A stretch of 64,000 bases of DNA from positions 1,984,001 to 2,048,000 of the forward strand of contig JAYWIR010000018.1 of NCBI GenBank assembly GCA_036172245.1. Direction: 5' to 3'. Positions 1 through 12,300 of the stretch are shown in pieces. Numbering within the stretch: position 1 is the stretch's first letter; each line of letters begins with the position of its first letter. The notes beneath the pieces are model-generated. The model did no database searches. It worked only from the letters and a program-made list of their open reading frames with translations, and was not told where the DNA came from. The DNA is from Raillietiella orientalis. Taxonomy: Eukaryota. The position numbers and the translations under genes were made by a program.

Positions 1-1066
1 TTGCATAAAATTGTCAATTAGGCTATCAGCATGTTAATAATAATCATTAGTGCTTCCAGTTTGAGTTTTGTTTATGAATGAACTTTTATGGATAGACTAC
101 ATAGAATCACTGCAAAATCAAATCATGTACATCTATACTATAGGAAAGACAGAAATACAGAGTTTAAAACCTTTGTATTTCTCCTGCATTCCTTTAGGAA
201 TAATGGAATGAAATGAAGAACGTTACGAACATTTGAAGTTTTAATAAATTCAAGAATTTCAAGAAAATTTCGAAGTCAGTACTTAATTCTACTGGACGTG
301 ATCAAATGAAATAGTTTTATATTTGATGAACGATTTTCTTTTATACTACGTTATTGCTTTATGTCATGCTCAAAAGAGAGTATAAAGAAAACAAGATATT
401 CCTATTTAATACCCACTAATTTAAACATATGCAATTTTATAGATTTTTTTCTCTTTTAAGGCGAGAATAATAAGGCCATTCTATAGTGAATTGTTTTGTT
501 AAGCAGAGCAAGAAAGTTAATTCCCAAAATTTCCCTTTAACCTTCCCCTTCAAGAGTGAAAACCACTTATACATTTCTATGAATGCAATACAATGAAAAA
601 TAGATACCGAGCTTTCCATTAACGCTTCTTCCCCGTGCTCTTCTATTTCTAAAGATTCATTGAAGAATTTTACTCTAACGAATTTTGAAGTGTCTATTGA
701 CTCTAACGAATTTCGAAATATAGTTGGAAAACGTGTCAAAACTGATGTTTGAACTCTCTTATAGAGTGAATTCGAAAGCATTTGATTTCTTTGGTATTTT
801 GCGTGCCATCGAATTCGAATGATGTTCTAGTTGTGTGCAGAGAATCTTTATATGTTTCTTGATTAGACATTGATTGACAAGGCAAAGCCAAAAAGTCCAG
901 GTTAAAAACGATTCAGGCTGGGCATCTTGATTCCCGAAAGCAGCATCCGTTCACAAATGGCTACCCATGATAATGAAGGTGCTATTGGGTTCACAATATG
1001 TCAGATCCTGATACTTCGTTTCTTAGAGAGTTAATATGAAGATTCCAATGCGAATTCCACAATGAG

Positions 1067-1801
1067 TTAATGAAACTCGACGTCTTCACAAACTATGAGC
1101 AAAGCCAACACGTTTCGTTCTACCGCAAATATGACGGGCATTGCAACTTTTTTCACACGAATAGAAGATTCTGACCAAGTTAACGCAGGATGGAGTGAAG
1201 CTTCAGCTTCTATGGACCAGATGCCTAAGCTGATCCCATCTACTGCGTACTGTATTTGCCCAGCCAGAAGTCTAGGCCAAAGAGTTCTACTCTTAACAAT
1301 AATAATGATTATGTACCACGAATTGCGATATCTCAAATGCTCGTACTTTTTCTTGACTATCTTATAAGTTTCGACTTTTCGTGTTTCGGAGTCAGGATGA
1401 TGACCTTCCGGATCCGTGGGTTTCTTACTCGACTGGCATTTAAACATATGTGTCTTAAGCGTAGCTTTTGGGGGGGCATTCCCTAAAATAGATCCCAAGT
1501 TATAGGTGATTGCTTTCGTCAGCCACATCTCTGTCAAATGTTGCAAAACATAAGGCATTACAGCTTTCGTCTGCCGAAAATGCTTCTCAGTGAAAAGGGC
1601 TCCTAAGATGCCGATTTTTTTCGTGTCGGTTCCATTCACCACGATTTTGTCGTTTCCACAGAGTTGCTTCGATGGAAACACACGAAGACGTAATGCAACG
1701 GGAGGAAAACGCAAAACAAAGTTTCTCGGATGAGAAGCATCTGAGATGTTCCTCATCCGAAAGAAGAAGAAAAAATCCGTGCCCTTATAAAGACAAAACA
1801 T
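1067..1801 (-). CDS. Unidentified 244-codon ORF, possibly part of a spliced gene continuing to about 450
   Basis: Long open frame in fairly AT-rich DNA, with a second minus-strand ORF at 437-781. No recognisable domain and no consistent exon chain found. Confidence 0.2.
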   Translation of the reverse strand: MFCLYKGTDFFFFFRMRNISDASHPRNFVLRFPPVALRLRVFPSKQLCGNDKIVVNGTDTKKIGILGALFTEKHFRQTKAVMPYVLQHLTEMWLTKAITYNLGSILGNAPPKATLKTHMFKCQSSKKPTDPEGHHPDSETRKVETYKIVKKKYEHLRYRNSWYIIIIIVKSRTLWPRLLAGQIQYAVDGISLGIWSIEAEASLHPALTWSESSIRVKKVAMPVIFAVERNVLALLIVCEDVEFH

Positions 1802-2119
1802 AAGGCAAAAACATGCAGTGCGTGAATGAAAAACGTGAACTTCCAGGATGCAAAAGTCAGCTCATTCCATTTCGATGCGGGTAAAGTGAGACGGCCGATG
1901 CCACATACTGCGTGATCGCATAGAATTTTTAATACGCCCTTTTTTTTGGTTTGAGTGGACGACTGCTTCAGGATTTAGTTGCCACTTAGAGTAGTGCGGG
2001 GGGGAGCAAATAGATCAGGAGGGTTGGCCGCTTTGATAGATAGATCTTCAGTACAAATGGGAACTTTCTTGCGCACCGCAAAGCTCCCTCAAACACTCAA
2101 ATCCTCCTCAGCCCAAAGA

Positions 2120-2310
2120 CATCCTGGATTTCCGAGTTCTCACCACGCTTGCCTATGACGCACTGGGGGACCTTTTAATGGGATTGGCATCCGTTCTCAG
2201 CCTGATGGTAGGATAGTCGTTACAGCAGTTTTGGGTCTAAATCCTTGTTTGCTTGGCTGAAAGAACTGTACAGAACGTTCGAAAATCCTCTTCAAACACG
2301 AGGCTCCTAA
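2120..2310 (+). mobile_element. Degenerate non-LTR retrotransposon RT fragment
   Basis: ILDF...AYDAL followed (frameshifted) by SSFGSKSLFAWLKELY resembles the L1/Tx1 RT pattern LDFxKAYD...LxxFGFxxxFxxWIKxLY. Confidence 0.4.
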
Positions 2311-3034
2311 ATGCTGCAACGAATCAGCAAACCTTACGTTCCCCTGTTCACTGAAGATGGATAAAAACAGAACATTTTATCTGGGAACCTCGAAGCACTC
2401 GCGACGGGACTGGGAACCATTCCGGCGCATCCTTTCCCAGCCTGCAGTCGGTGGAATATTTTTATTTACTCCTTCTGCTGAGGATACGTTTGCAGCAAGC
2501 GTTTCCATCCATTCACGAAATGGGCGCGCGAGTGAAATACCTTCCGGGAAAGGGGCCTTTCGCTTCGCCGCGCGAAGGCGATGCTCCCGCCGTTGCCTAG
2601 CGTTTCGCACTCCGTGCGGGAAAGAAAACAAAAGCGCAATGCGAACACTCAGGGAACGCCGGGCGAATCACTTGGATACACGTACACGCAAGCATAAACC
2701 TTTGTGCACTGCAGATATGAGTAACACAATGCACACTTAGGTTGTCACATGTGCGTGGAATAATTGGATGTACGCCATATGTGTGCATCTGCGAGCCACT
2801 GAATGGTAGCGCCTGTCCGGCACTTCATCAGTGCAAACGGGAAAGCTGGAGATCGTTCATTGATTTCCCACAAAGCAGTGCCTGACCGTACCTCCAGGCG
2901 ACCGCAAACGAGCCGTTACCAGCCATGGGAGTCTGGGTGGTGAGGCCCGCGTTGTCATGGTGCGCGCCTGCCATCTCGCGAGCGCATCAATAAGCTTCCG
3001 TCGCGTGCGCGTCCCTCAGAGAGGTAGGAAAACA

Positions 3035-3233
3035 GCGTTGCCGCTGGTGGAAAGCCGCGACCTGCCCTCTGCCAAGCGCCCTCCAGCATGCTTCTGACCT
3101 ACTGCGCGTTTCCATCCCCCCCTGTGCTCCCCCTTCCACACATGCTGCGTGCTCCGCGCCCCCTCACCGTTGCCTTCCGGCGAGAACCTCCTTCCTGCCG
3201 ATTTGCTCCCTACTCGCTTTCCTTTCCCCGTCC
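3035..3233 (+). repeat. Left arm of an inverted pair; LINE ORF1-like relic
   Basis: Reverse-complement match to 4712-4937, including 33 identical bp (3180-3212 vs 4733-4765). Translates RPLTVAFRREPPSCRF, similar to the segment preceding the zinc knuckle in L1/Tx1-type ORF1. Confidence 0.85.
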
Positions 3234-4711
3234 GTCCGTGCCTACTTTTTTTTTTCCTGTCCCGAGAATCGATCCAACGGGAAAAGGTGGATGCGCGTGC
3301 GCGTTCCAGGAAAGGTCCGGAAGCCAGAGAGAACGGGGACGTTCTCCCAACGCGATCCTGGAACAGCCGGTGCTATCTCGGGGTTTCGTCCAGCGGGCGC
3401 ATGCGCCTGAATGCCGGCCGGAGAGCGGCTCGGACGCAGGTGGAGTCGATGGCGCGCGCCGCTCCTGCACCTTTCCTCCCCTCCCCTACCCCCCCCCCCC
3501 GTGCAAACTTCCTGCGGCTGCTCCATGCGGGGCGGCCACGAGACCGAAGGGTGATGAGAGCAGCGCCTCCGTCGCGCCGTTCCTCGAGCTCCATCCGTGG
3601 GGATGAGGACACGCTCAGGATGCCGAGAGCCAGAGTGGCTCCTCGCGGGTGGAGTCGGCGTCCCGGGAGGGGAAGGGAGGAAAGGGGGAAGGCCACGTCC
3701 GATGCTCTCTCTCCGGCCCAAGGTCGGTTTCGAGAGCCGTCGCACCTTACTGACAGGGAAGTTTCCATCGTCGAAAAAGGGGACCTTCGTGGGTCCCCTT
3801 CCGGCGCCGGAAACGAGGGGGGCCGGGAGAAGAAAGGTCCTTTCCCTTTTTTCCTGGGCGTGGGGATCGAACCGACCTCGGGCAGGTCCAGTCGAGTGCC
3901 TCGGAGAGCAGCCGGTGGAGAAGGGGCGTGGGTTGAAAAGAGGGGCTCATCAGATTAGATTGGAGGCGGAAGGGTGGGCAGGGGAAGGAAGGGAGGGCCC
4001 ACAGGGACTGTGACGGCACGGAGGATCCGCTGCTCCTCTTGAGGAGTGAGAGTGACCGTGAGAGTCCCCTCAAAGAGGACTTTCACGGTATGGCAGTGCT
4101 TCCCGCCCCTCCCGTTCACGTCCACTACTGGGGGACCCGTCCTATCGACCGCACGATGCGGAAGGTCGTGATGTCTGGCGACGCCTTCGACTTCGAAGGG
4201 GAGCGCAGCAGCGACTCCGAGGTGCGCCCCGTGGCGGCGAGACCAATACCGGTCAGCGGGGCCGCCCCAGGAGGAGGACTCCCATCAGGAACGTCTCCCC
4301 TTCCCCCTCTTCCCCGGATAAAAGGGGATGGGAGTGAGGGGAGGAGGAGGAGCGAGAAAAGGCAAAAAGGGAAGGGTTTCCAGGAGGGAGGCGTCCGACA
4401 TCAAAGGGAAGACGTCCCAGGGGATCCTCCACTGCCGGAGCTTGGTGGGCAGGTGCGCCTACAGTCTGCAGTCCAGAAGCGGAAGCTGCCCCCATCCATC
4501 CATCTCCCACCTCGGAAACTGCTCGCGCGCTGGTGCTGCCGCAGCGGCTCTGTCCGTCCAAGTGTCCAAGACGAAGAAGGTTCCGCCCCCGCGTTCGGAG
4601 CCACCTGCCTGCTGAGAAGGGGGAACGAGGGGATGTGGAGCCGATCCAAAGGGAGGAAGAGGAAGGGCTGGAGGCTGAGAGAGGGCGGGCTCGTGGGAGT
4701 TCCCCACGGAA

Positions 4712-4937
4712 GGACAGGGACAGGAAAGCGAATAGGGAGCAAATCGGCAGGAAGGAGGTTCTCGCTGGAAGGTAACGGTGAGCGGGCGCGCAGCACGTAT
4801 GTGGGAGGGGAAGAGGGAGGCTTCCCTCGGCCTAGAGGAGGGGGAGAGCCGCGGGGGCGTGGACGCGCGGCAGGTCAGAAGCATGCCGGGGGGCGCTTAG
4901 CAGAGAACAGGTCGCAACTTTTCACCAGCGGCAACGC
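4712..4937 (-). repeat. Right arm of an inverted pair; LINE ORF1-like relic
   Basis: Reverse complement aligns to 3035-3233 and translates RPLTVTFQREPPSCRF. A more diverged third copy lies at about 20860-20910 on the minus strand. Confidence 0.85.
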
Positions 4938-5809
4938 CGTCCGTCGCTTCCGGCAGCACGGACCGAGGAGGCATGGGTCCGAGGTTTTCCCCGCCGCCGG
5001 CGTCCGGCGCGCGAGTCTGGCCGAGGTTGCCGAGTGCAGTGAGAGCATCCCCGAGGGAAGGGACGCTCCTCCTGCCGTCTCCTGGGGGCGATCCTACACA
5101 GGAGCAGAGGGAAGGGCGCAACGAGAGGACGTGCTCTCATCTCGAGCAGCCGTCCGCCCGATTCAACCTTCCCGGGCTGCAGCCCGGGAAGCATATCAGA
5201 CTGGAGGCTGCAGCGATGAAGTCGCTTTTGCGAGAAGACGGAAAGGGGTGGTCATTGTGGTCAGGGGTGCGAGTCCCCCGCGAACTGGAAGGAAAAAGGT
5301 GAGAGAAAGGGAGGAGCGGCGGCAGCGGCAGCAGCAGTTGGGGAAGCGAAGACACAGGCCAGTCACCAGAGGCGATGCCCTCGAGGAGAGCAGCGAACCC
5401 GTCGGCCACTCGCCCGAGAGCCCCTCCCTGCCCCGCTCCTCGTTCCGAGGGCGTGAGGTCGTCCTCCATGGTCCACGCATCATCCGTCACCCAATGCGTT
5501 GCTCGTGCCCTTCCCTCTGAAAAGAGAAAGAAGAGAAGAAGGGGGAGGAGCCCTCCTCCTTTTCCGTTAACGCTGGTCGTCGTCTTGCCCCTGGGAGATC
5601 GTCTTTCGTGGAGGGGATTTTCTTCTTTCTTGTTCCTTGACGACAACATTTCCATTCCATGGGTGGAGGGTGGGAAGCATCGAGCCCTGCACCTCCCCAT
5701 CCGCGGTCGGTGCGCGCGTGCGTGAAATTCTCGAGGTCTCCCCGCGAAATGGTACGCGCTCGGCCGCATAGTCCGGTGTTGCCATGGTGCCCATTCTTCT
5801 CTGTTTGCA

Positions 5810-7036
5810 TTGCGGGTTTCTTCTTTGTTTGGTTTTCCCCGGATCGTTTCGAAATTGGGGGGCAGGGTCGACCCCTTCCTGAGTTTCGGTTTTGAGACCC
5901 GTTCTGGATTCCCGGAGGTGTTTCCCGCTTCCCGTTCTCGACGGCCTCGTCGGGAAGATCCAAAAGCAGGGACGGAGGATCCGGACAGCAACTTGCCCGC
6001 TCCTCGCCCTCGGGCGGGCGCTTTCCCCGGAAGCGGACGGGTGCGAACAAGTTCAGAAGCTGGTGGAGGGCCGCTTCTCCTGCCCACGGATGCCTCCACC
6101 AAGGGTAAGAAGTCGAAAGTCCAACCTAGGACGCCAGGAGGAACAGCCTCCAGGCGACGGAGCAAGGCCGCGAAGGCCAGTTCGGAGGTCTGCATCCCTG
6201 TGTACAGCGGGGCCCTGCGGGAGACATCTGCGGAAAGGCACGTCGTTCTGATACAGCCCGCGAGGAGCGAAGCGGGGCGGCGGCACAGTCACGGCCCACA
6301 CGACCGCGCCATCGGAGGGGAGGCGAGTTCGAGGTGCAGAGGAGGCAGCTTCCTTCCCTGCGCCTCCCTCTCGGCGGTGAACAGCCTGGAAAACGTCGAC
6401 ATCCTGGGGTGTCTGCGAGACCTCCAGCGCCGGGTGGCAAACATGGAAGCCAGGGTGGACCTCGAGCTGCAGGAGAGGGGTGGCGGTCGCAGCAACAGCA
6501 AGGTAGCGCCCATCGGAGAGCTGCTCGAGGGACAAAGAAACCTGGCCGAGAAGCTTAGGGACAGCGTGGCCGCGTGCGAGGAAGTGGCGCGCCGCACGCG
6601 GAGGCTGGAAGCGAGGTCATTACACCTGCATTGCGTCATCGGCACCCTGGTGAGCGTGGTGGAGGTCCTCGACAACATAGGGTGCGTCGTGGGGAGCCTG
6701 TCCGACAAGGTGAAGGAGAACAAAGGCATCCTGCGTCGGATCGCCCGCCTGAAAATTGCAGGAGGCCCGATGTCCAAAGCATCGAGGGGGTTCCAGGCGG
6801 GAGGGGGTCTTTCTCCTGCCGTCACCAGGCGGAGGGATGCCGGGCACCGCAAGAGATACAAGAGCTTCGTCAATCTGAACGAGATGATAGAAGAATCCCC
6901 TTCGAGCCCGACGCAGCCGGCAGGCAGCAGCCCCCGTGACTCGCTCAAGGGTCCACCCGCGGAAAAAGCGAGGTCCACTGCAAGCAGCGACGATAGCAGC
7001 AGCAGTAACAACAACAGTGGGGACAGTAGTGAATGA
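5810..7036 (+). CDS. Uninterrupted orphan ORF encoding a predicted coiled-coil protein with a Ser-rich tail; true start or upstream exons unknown
   Basis: 408 open codons. From about 6370 onward it has G/C-ending codons and heptad-like composition (LRDLQRRVANMEARV, LLEGQRNLAEKLRDSVAACEEVARRTRRLEARS, VGSLSDKVKENKGILRRIARL), unlike the frameshifted TE relics around it. No family recognised. Confidence 0.45.
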   Translation: MRVSSLFGFPRIVSKLGGRVDPFLSFGFETRSGFPEVFPASRSRRPRREDPKAGTEDPDSNLPAPRPRAGAFPGSGRVRTSSEAGGGPLLLPTDASTKGKKSKVQPRTPGGTASRRRSKAAKASSEVCIPVYSGALRETSAERHVVLIQPARSEAGRRHSHGPHDRAIGGEASSRCRGGSFLPCASLSAVNSLENVDILGCLRDLQRRVANMEARVDLELQERGGGRSNSKVAPIGELLEGQRNLAEKLRDSVAACEEVARRTRRLEARSLHLHCVIGTLVSVVEVLDNIGCVVGSLSDKVKENKGILRRIARLKIAGGPMSKASRGFQAGGGLSPAVTRRRDAGHRKRYKSFVNLNEMIEESPSSPTQPAGSSPRDSLKGPPAEKARSTASSDDSSSSNNNSGDSSE

Positions 7037-8479
7037 GGACTCTTCATCTCCGGCAACCATTGGTCAGCCGGAATGGGAGGCACCTGAGGCTCGCTTTCGA
7101 TGCTAACATGAGATTCGTAACTGCTGCCGAGCAGACCCTTCAAAGAGAACAGCCGTGGCCACTCTCATTTCACGAGACGAGACACGAGTGTTCCGAGCTG
7201 GAGGAAGCTGGAGGATCTCTCTGAATGAGCATTTTGACAAAACGACATTAAAGTTGATTTTTTTGGGTGTGTTTTGCTGCTTTTCCTTTCATATGCAAAT
7301 CAGCGAGCGGGTGGTGGAGTCTCTCGGACACTCTGCTGCGATCGGAGGATACACAGCTGACAAACCTGATAAGAAAGCAAAGCAGGCCCTCGTGACTCCC
7401 AGGGGTCCGCCGAAACCCCCGGTTAGCTTCCTCCGAGGCTCGCAGTAAGGAGGTTAAAAAAATAATGCAAAGTGCAAAACCGATAAAGCGGTTATGGGGG
7501 GAGGAGTAGAGAAGGTCACCGGTTATCCCCGTGCATCTTTTGCGTCTCTATCGAGATGCAAGATCAGGGTCGGTTCTTCTTTGATTCTCGTTTCCAGGTG
7601 TTTCTTCCCTGCCCGGGACGGAGGTGTTCGCTGTGACTATTTCCCCTGCCTTGCCTTCCTCGCTCCGATGCATGACGTGACGTTTCGATGCCACGGATGG
7701 TTACAACCACTGCGGCGGGCGGCAGTCCCTGAACCAGTTCCTGGGTCGCTCCTCCGGGTGTGAGAAGAGCCCCTCCAGACGCTTCCTCCTCATCGGAGAG
7801 AACCAGCAGTCCGGTAGCAGATGCGGCGAAGATTCAGTCTCCCACTTTTCGGAGGAGAGAGTTTACTTCCGGTAGAGTGGCGCTGACGACAAACCACACC
7901 CCATTAGCTGCAGATGACAGCGAGCCACGGTTTCCAGTTGCCTCGGTCGCTGCTGTGACGATACTTCTAGGCGATGGATTTTCACCCGGTCACGCTCACG
8001 CCTCAGGGCGTTTATTATAAAAATTCTAACTTTCGTCAATAACTCTTTCTGTGTTCCAGTACAATGCCATTACTTCCGGATGTTCCAGAGGACTCCTCTT
8101 CTCGGAGCAGTCGCCAGAAGAGATCCTCTCGGAGAATGTAAGAGGAAGGGAAATGAACGGGAAAAATAAATAAATAAATATTAAAAAAAAAAGAGGTCTA
8201 AAATGTTTTTTTGGAGGGAAGGGAAGAGGTAAGGGAAGGGATCACAGATTGCTCCCCGGTGTCCTCTGTATCCTCTCAAGGATTCCTTCCGGTTATGCCA
8301 TCTCTCTGCAATCCTCAGGAACGGTAAGACGAAGGAAGTGGTGGCTCGTCTGCTGTTCGGTCCTCTGTCCTCGGGGCTCCCAGCACCACGATCTCGAGGA
8401 CGTAGCTCGCAGCTGCGATCGCCGCGGCAGACTCGTGAAGAGGCCTCTGAATGAGGCCCTCAGGAAGTTCAGGGGACGC

Positions 8480-9260
8480 AGTCACTCCGAAGGATAACGC
8501 GTGTCGAAAGCAGGTGAGGCAAGGTTTCCCTTTCGCTGCACCTTTTGCACCCTAGAGTCACGTTTCCCCTGGTCCAGCAGTGGAGGCGCGCGTTGAATGG
8601 GATAACACAATGCAGCAGTCACAACGCCGAGTCCCGCCACTTCAGGGGAAGGAAGAAGCTGTCCATGCAAAGCGTGGGCATCTTCACTTCCTCCAACTGG
8701 ATCCCGTGGAGTTCCGCCCAGAGGAGAAGTCCTTTGGGGAGAGCGGGCGGGGGTGGAAGCATCAGCCAGCTGACGCGCCGTTCAGCATCCCAATTGCTTT
8801 TTTTCCTCGTCATCTTGCAATTTATTTTCCATCTTGCAGGCTGGTGGCTATCTTGGCTATTCCGCAAGGACAACAGTGTTGCAGCAAGAGGGGGTCTTCC
8901 TCGGGCAGTCCATCATCTCCTTCAGCGAGCAGCGAGAGCAGTTGGAATATCGCAGACGTTGCTTTTCTTCCGGGCTCGTGCCGCTGATTTTCGCCCACGC
9001 CCGAACCGTTTCCTGCTTCCAGGCACTACAGTTGGTCGGCAAGCAGGAGATCCAAGTGTGGTCCTGAGCAAAGCAGCCATCTGCCGAAGCTAGTAGTCGC
9101 ATCGCGGCAGTTTTTGATGGCCCGCAAACGAGAAACGAGTGAGTCAATTTCGAGCGGGCTGCTCTCTCGGCCAGGAACCGGACCGGCACGCACCAATGGG
9201 TGCTCCAAAACTTCGTCTCCAGGGCCGTTCTTTCGGAGTTGCAGCTGATACTCTTCATCC
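8480..9260 (-). mobile_element. L1/Tx1-like LINE ORF2 C-terminal relic (zf-RVT and CCHC-type zinc finger)
   Basis: Minus strand, across a frameshift, reads FLPLKWRDSAL...LHCVIPFNARLHCWTRGNVTLGCKRCSERETLPHLL, the CxxC...ETxxH finger. Upstream is AWKQETVRAWAKI. Homologous to 12110-12300 and 35280-36300. Confidence 0.75.
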
Positions 9261-12109
9261 TTTCCAGAGTCAGAACGTCGAGTCCAATAAGTCAGGCAGC
9301 ACCAGAGTGCAAGGGTGCCTCATCTCAACACTCAGCATTGCCACGCGTGGCATGTGCGTATTTCGAACCAACTTGTGTATGCTTTGCTGTACTTTGCCGT
9401 ACGCTGAACGATTTTTGTCTTCAATGCGTGGTTAAGTTAATGCTGTAGGCTTCGGGAGACCTTTAACGAGATGCTGAGTCAGTTTAGATGCCGCCCATAT
9501 AAACACGGAGCCAGGTTTTCCACTCGGTTATGCCGGGACATTTATTATTGGGACAATAATAAATATACGTTTTTGTAGGAGAACACTTGGTTCTACCACG
9601 TGCAACGAACGTGCCAAAGACCGGTACGTAGACCCGGGAGATCCTCTTCGAAGCAGCGAAAGGCCAAACGGAAACCGAAAACCGAAAACAAAAATAAACG
9701 ACAAAAAAAAAGTAGGGAAAGTTTTACACGGCAACAGAGGGAAATCGTGGAAGGGATCACTGTGCTCTCTGCGAAGTGTGCTCTGCATGCTGTCCAGAAT
9801 GTTGACAAGTTCGGAACATATGTTCCCCAGGTGAGGCAATCTCGTGACAGCCTCCAAGAAGATTCGCGCCCAGTAGATGGCGTCCCTTCCATTTTGGCCT
9901 CTTCCTGCGTTCCAAGCCTCCGCTGTCCCGCGAAGCCAGCAGAGAACTGCAAGTGACGTGGATGGCGGCAGTGGGCACGCCCGAAGAGGCAATACGGAGT
10001 CAGGTTAAAATATCAGTCGGAGATCCTTCCTATAACCTTTGCCTTCACTCCTAATGCTTGCACTGTCGTTGTCGCCCGGTGACGACGGGGCGTTTATTTA
10101 AAACAATAAACATGCAAAGATAAGCAGTGGAGAGACGTTGGATCCTGACACGTCCCAAAGTTCTAGGAACATGTCGAGATGCCGGTACACAGACCGGAAG
10201 ATCTGCCTCGGAACGAGAGGGGAAGAGAACAAACAAAACAAAACAAAAATAAACAAACGAGTATAAAAACCTTCTGGGGGGGAGGGAGGGGTTCGGAAAG
10301 GGCTAGTGATCCCTTTCTTTCGCTCGGCGCCCTCTGCATCCTTTCAAGGTGCCGGCTATCCTATTGCCATCCGCCTGAAGCGAATGTCCGTGAGGTAGAT
10401 GCCGTCCCGGCCTCTTTCGGCGGCGCGCCGGAATCCCTCAGACAGCTGCTAAGCTGGAGGCGGTGCATCCCCCCCCCCCCGCTGCACAGTTGAGGTGATG
10501 CTTGCGTTGGTGAAAAATGGTGCCCCCCTTCCTCGTCAGAGACGAGCGGATCTCCTTCTCCACTTCTGAGATCTTTTGAGGAGTCCTCAAGCTGCAAGCA
10601 TGCATCCAAGCCGAGGACGAGGCCAAACTTAGGCTGGACATTAAGAAAACCCCGCCAAGATCACCGGGCATAAAAGACAAAGAGAAAAGTAGAAAAGAAT
10701 GCACTGTCAAGAGGGATGAATGATAAAAACACAGACACACACGCACTCCACGAACCAAATAAAGACGAACGGAACGTACATACGAGAACTGGTACGGATT
10801 GCTTCTCTTTCCAAGGAAGAATGATGCGATCGATCTGACTTGCAGAGACGAGATGCAGAGGCGAGGCCCGCGAAGCTGCGAGACTCTGTTCGATCCAAGG
10901 AGAGCCTTGAGAACTGTGCATGCACGTGGAGGCTGCTGGGCGATTTCTCCTTCAGGGAGGGCGGTGGCTCTGAGGTTGGGGCATGCATACGATGCTGGTG
11001 GCAGAGTGCCCTTCTTCTGGAGTTTATCCTTGCACTCCCTGGAGACCTGAGCAGACTGATCTCTCCCTTATGGAGCAGTCTGGGTGCCTTGCCTGACCAA
11101 GGTAGCCTCCCGAATAAGAAACCTGGTGGCTCCATCTCCTGGAGAATTCTCTGAAGGACACAGAGATCGTGCTCCACCCCATCCGGAAGCACTTCCCACG
11201 CTTAGAGTCCTCTTGAGGTTCGAACTTGCTTCTTCGAGAAATCTTCCTGCTTGGGAGCCGCAAAGACGCCACGAGACTGCGCCGAAGGTGGTCGCCCACC
11301 TCCGGCGCAGTCCCAGGAGGTCGCGCCTTCAAGGGGGGAAACAGGAGAACGGGCCTGGCAGTCCTGAGCCGAAATGCAAAACTATCAGGTACTGTCATTT
11401 CAGGAGGCTACAGAGATGCTATGCAAACGTGAACAAGAGGTTCATTCTGACCGAGCGCAGCAGAATGCTTCAGGAGAGGAGAAATGCAAAGGTTCTTGAC
11501 CTGGTGAATGCCGTAGGTTTTCGCTAATCTAAATATAACTGCAAGGCAGATCTTACCTAGGACTCTGTTGTGTGAGGCCTTTAAAGGTGGTGGTGGAACA
11601 GGCTGGTCACTGCGATAAGCAGACCTCCTCCAAGACATCGCCACGAGCATCTGAGTGTGACGAAAGGTAACTGGTTGCACCAGCAGGGACGCCTGCGCAT
11701 GACGTGCCCGGATCTGCGGATTTCAAAGATGTAATGGCTGCGCGAAGAGAACAGAAAAGTATCGCAATCTGATGATCAAGCGGATGCAGAGACTGCTCTC
11801 AGTGAGCATCCAAAGTCGTCTGGTTGGATCGTTGTTCCTTCGATGGGTTCAAAGGGGATTATAAGGAGGTCGATTTTGAGCAGCAGATGGCGACCTCCAA
11901 AACTTGGGCTTCGAAGCAAATCAACAGGAAACAAGGGGTGGCTCATAGGTTGCAGAGAGAGAAGGCGCAGCACGCTAAGGACGCATTGGTGAGCCGACCT
12001 CGAAAAACTCCATGATTGTGAAATTTGTCTTCAAAGGATTAGAGACTATATTTTCTGAATGATGATGCCCCTGGGTCCGCCCACCGGGATTTCTAGGGTC
12101 GTCGAGAGA

Positions 12110-12300
12110 CGATCCCAAAGGAGTCGGAGATCCAGCGCAAGGTGCGGGAAGGTGTCCTTCTCGTCGCATCTTTAGCATTTGGCATCCACTCTTCCCCGTG
12201 TCCAGTGGTGAAGGCGCGCTTTGTATGCAGAGGATTCCCCCATGCAATACCAGCAACGCCGACTCCTGCCACTTGACGGGGAGGGTGCCACTGATCCAGC
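12110..12300 (-). mobile_element. L1/Tx1-like LINE ORF2 C-terminal relic, second copy
   Basis: LPVKWQESALLVLHG...ARLHHWTRGRVDAKC*RCDEKDTFPHL, clearly homologous to the 8500-8660 copy, with an in-frame stop. Confidence 0.75.

Noticed and set aside
1272..1316. 45-nt GT-AG candidate intron in the 1067-1801 ORF
   Set aside because: Splicing it creates an in-frame TGA, so it does not support a gene model.
3853..3885. tRNA T-loop / B-box-like GGTTCGATCCC on the minus strand
   Set aside because: No D arm, anticodon arm or matching acceptor stem upstream, so it cannot be called a tRNA or SINE.
3035..4937. Terminal inverted repeats of a DNA transposon or DIRS element
   Set aside because: No target-site duplication, transposase or tyrosine recombinase. 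The arms translate as LINE ORF1-like sequence and a third solo copy exists.
4039..5520. 493-aa plus-strand ORF
   Set aside because: Arg/Gly/Pro-rich with no domain. It lies antisense to the LINE ORF1 relic, and stop codons are scarce at this GC content.
6289..7143. 284-aa minus-strand ORF
   Set aside because: Antisense shadow of the codon-biased 5810-7036 ORF.
7310..10500. Exon-like plus-strand segments with splice signals (about 7313-7444, 9449-9513, 9579-9623)
   Set aside because: Short, no recognisable product, and no start-to-stop chain. Needs RNA data.
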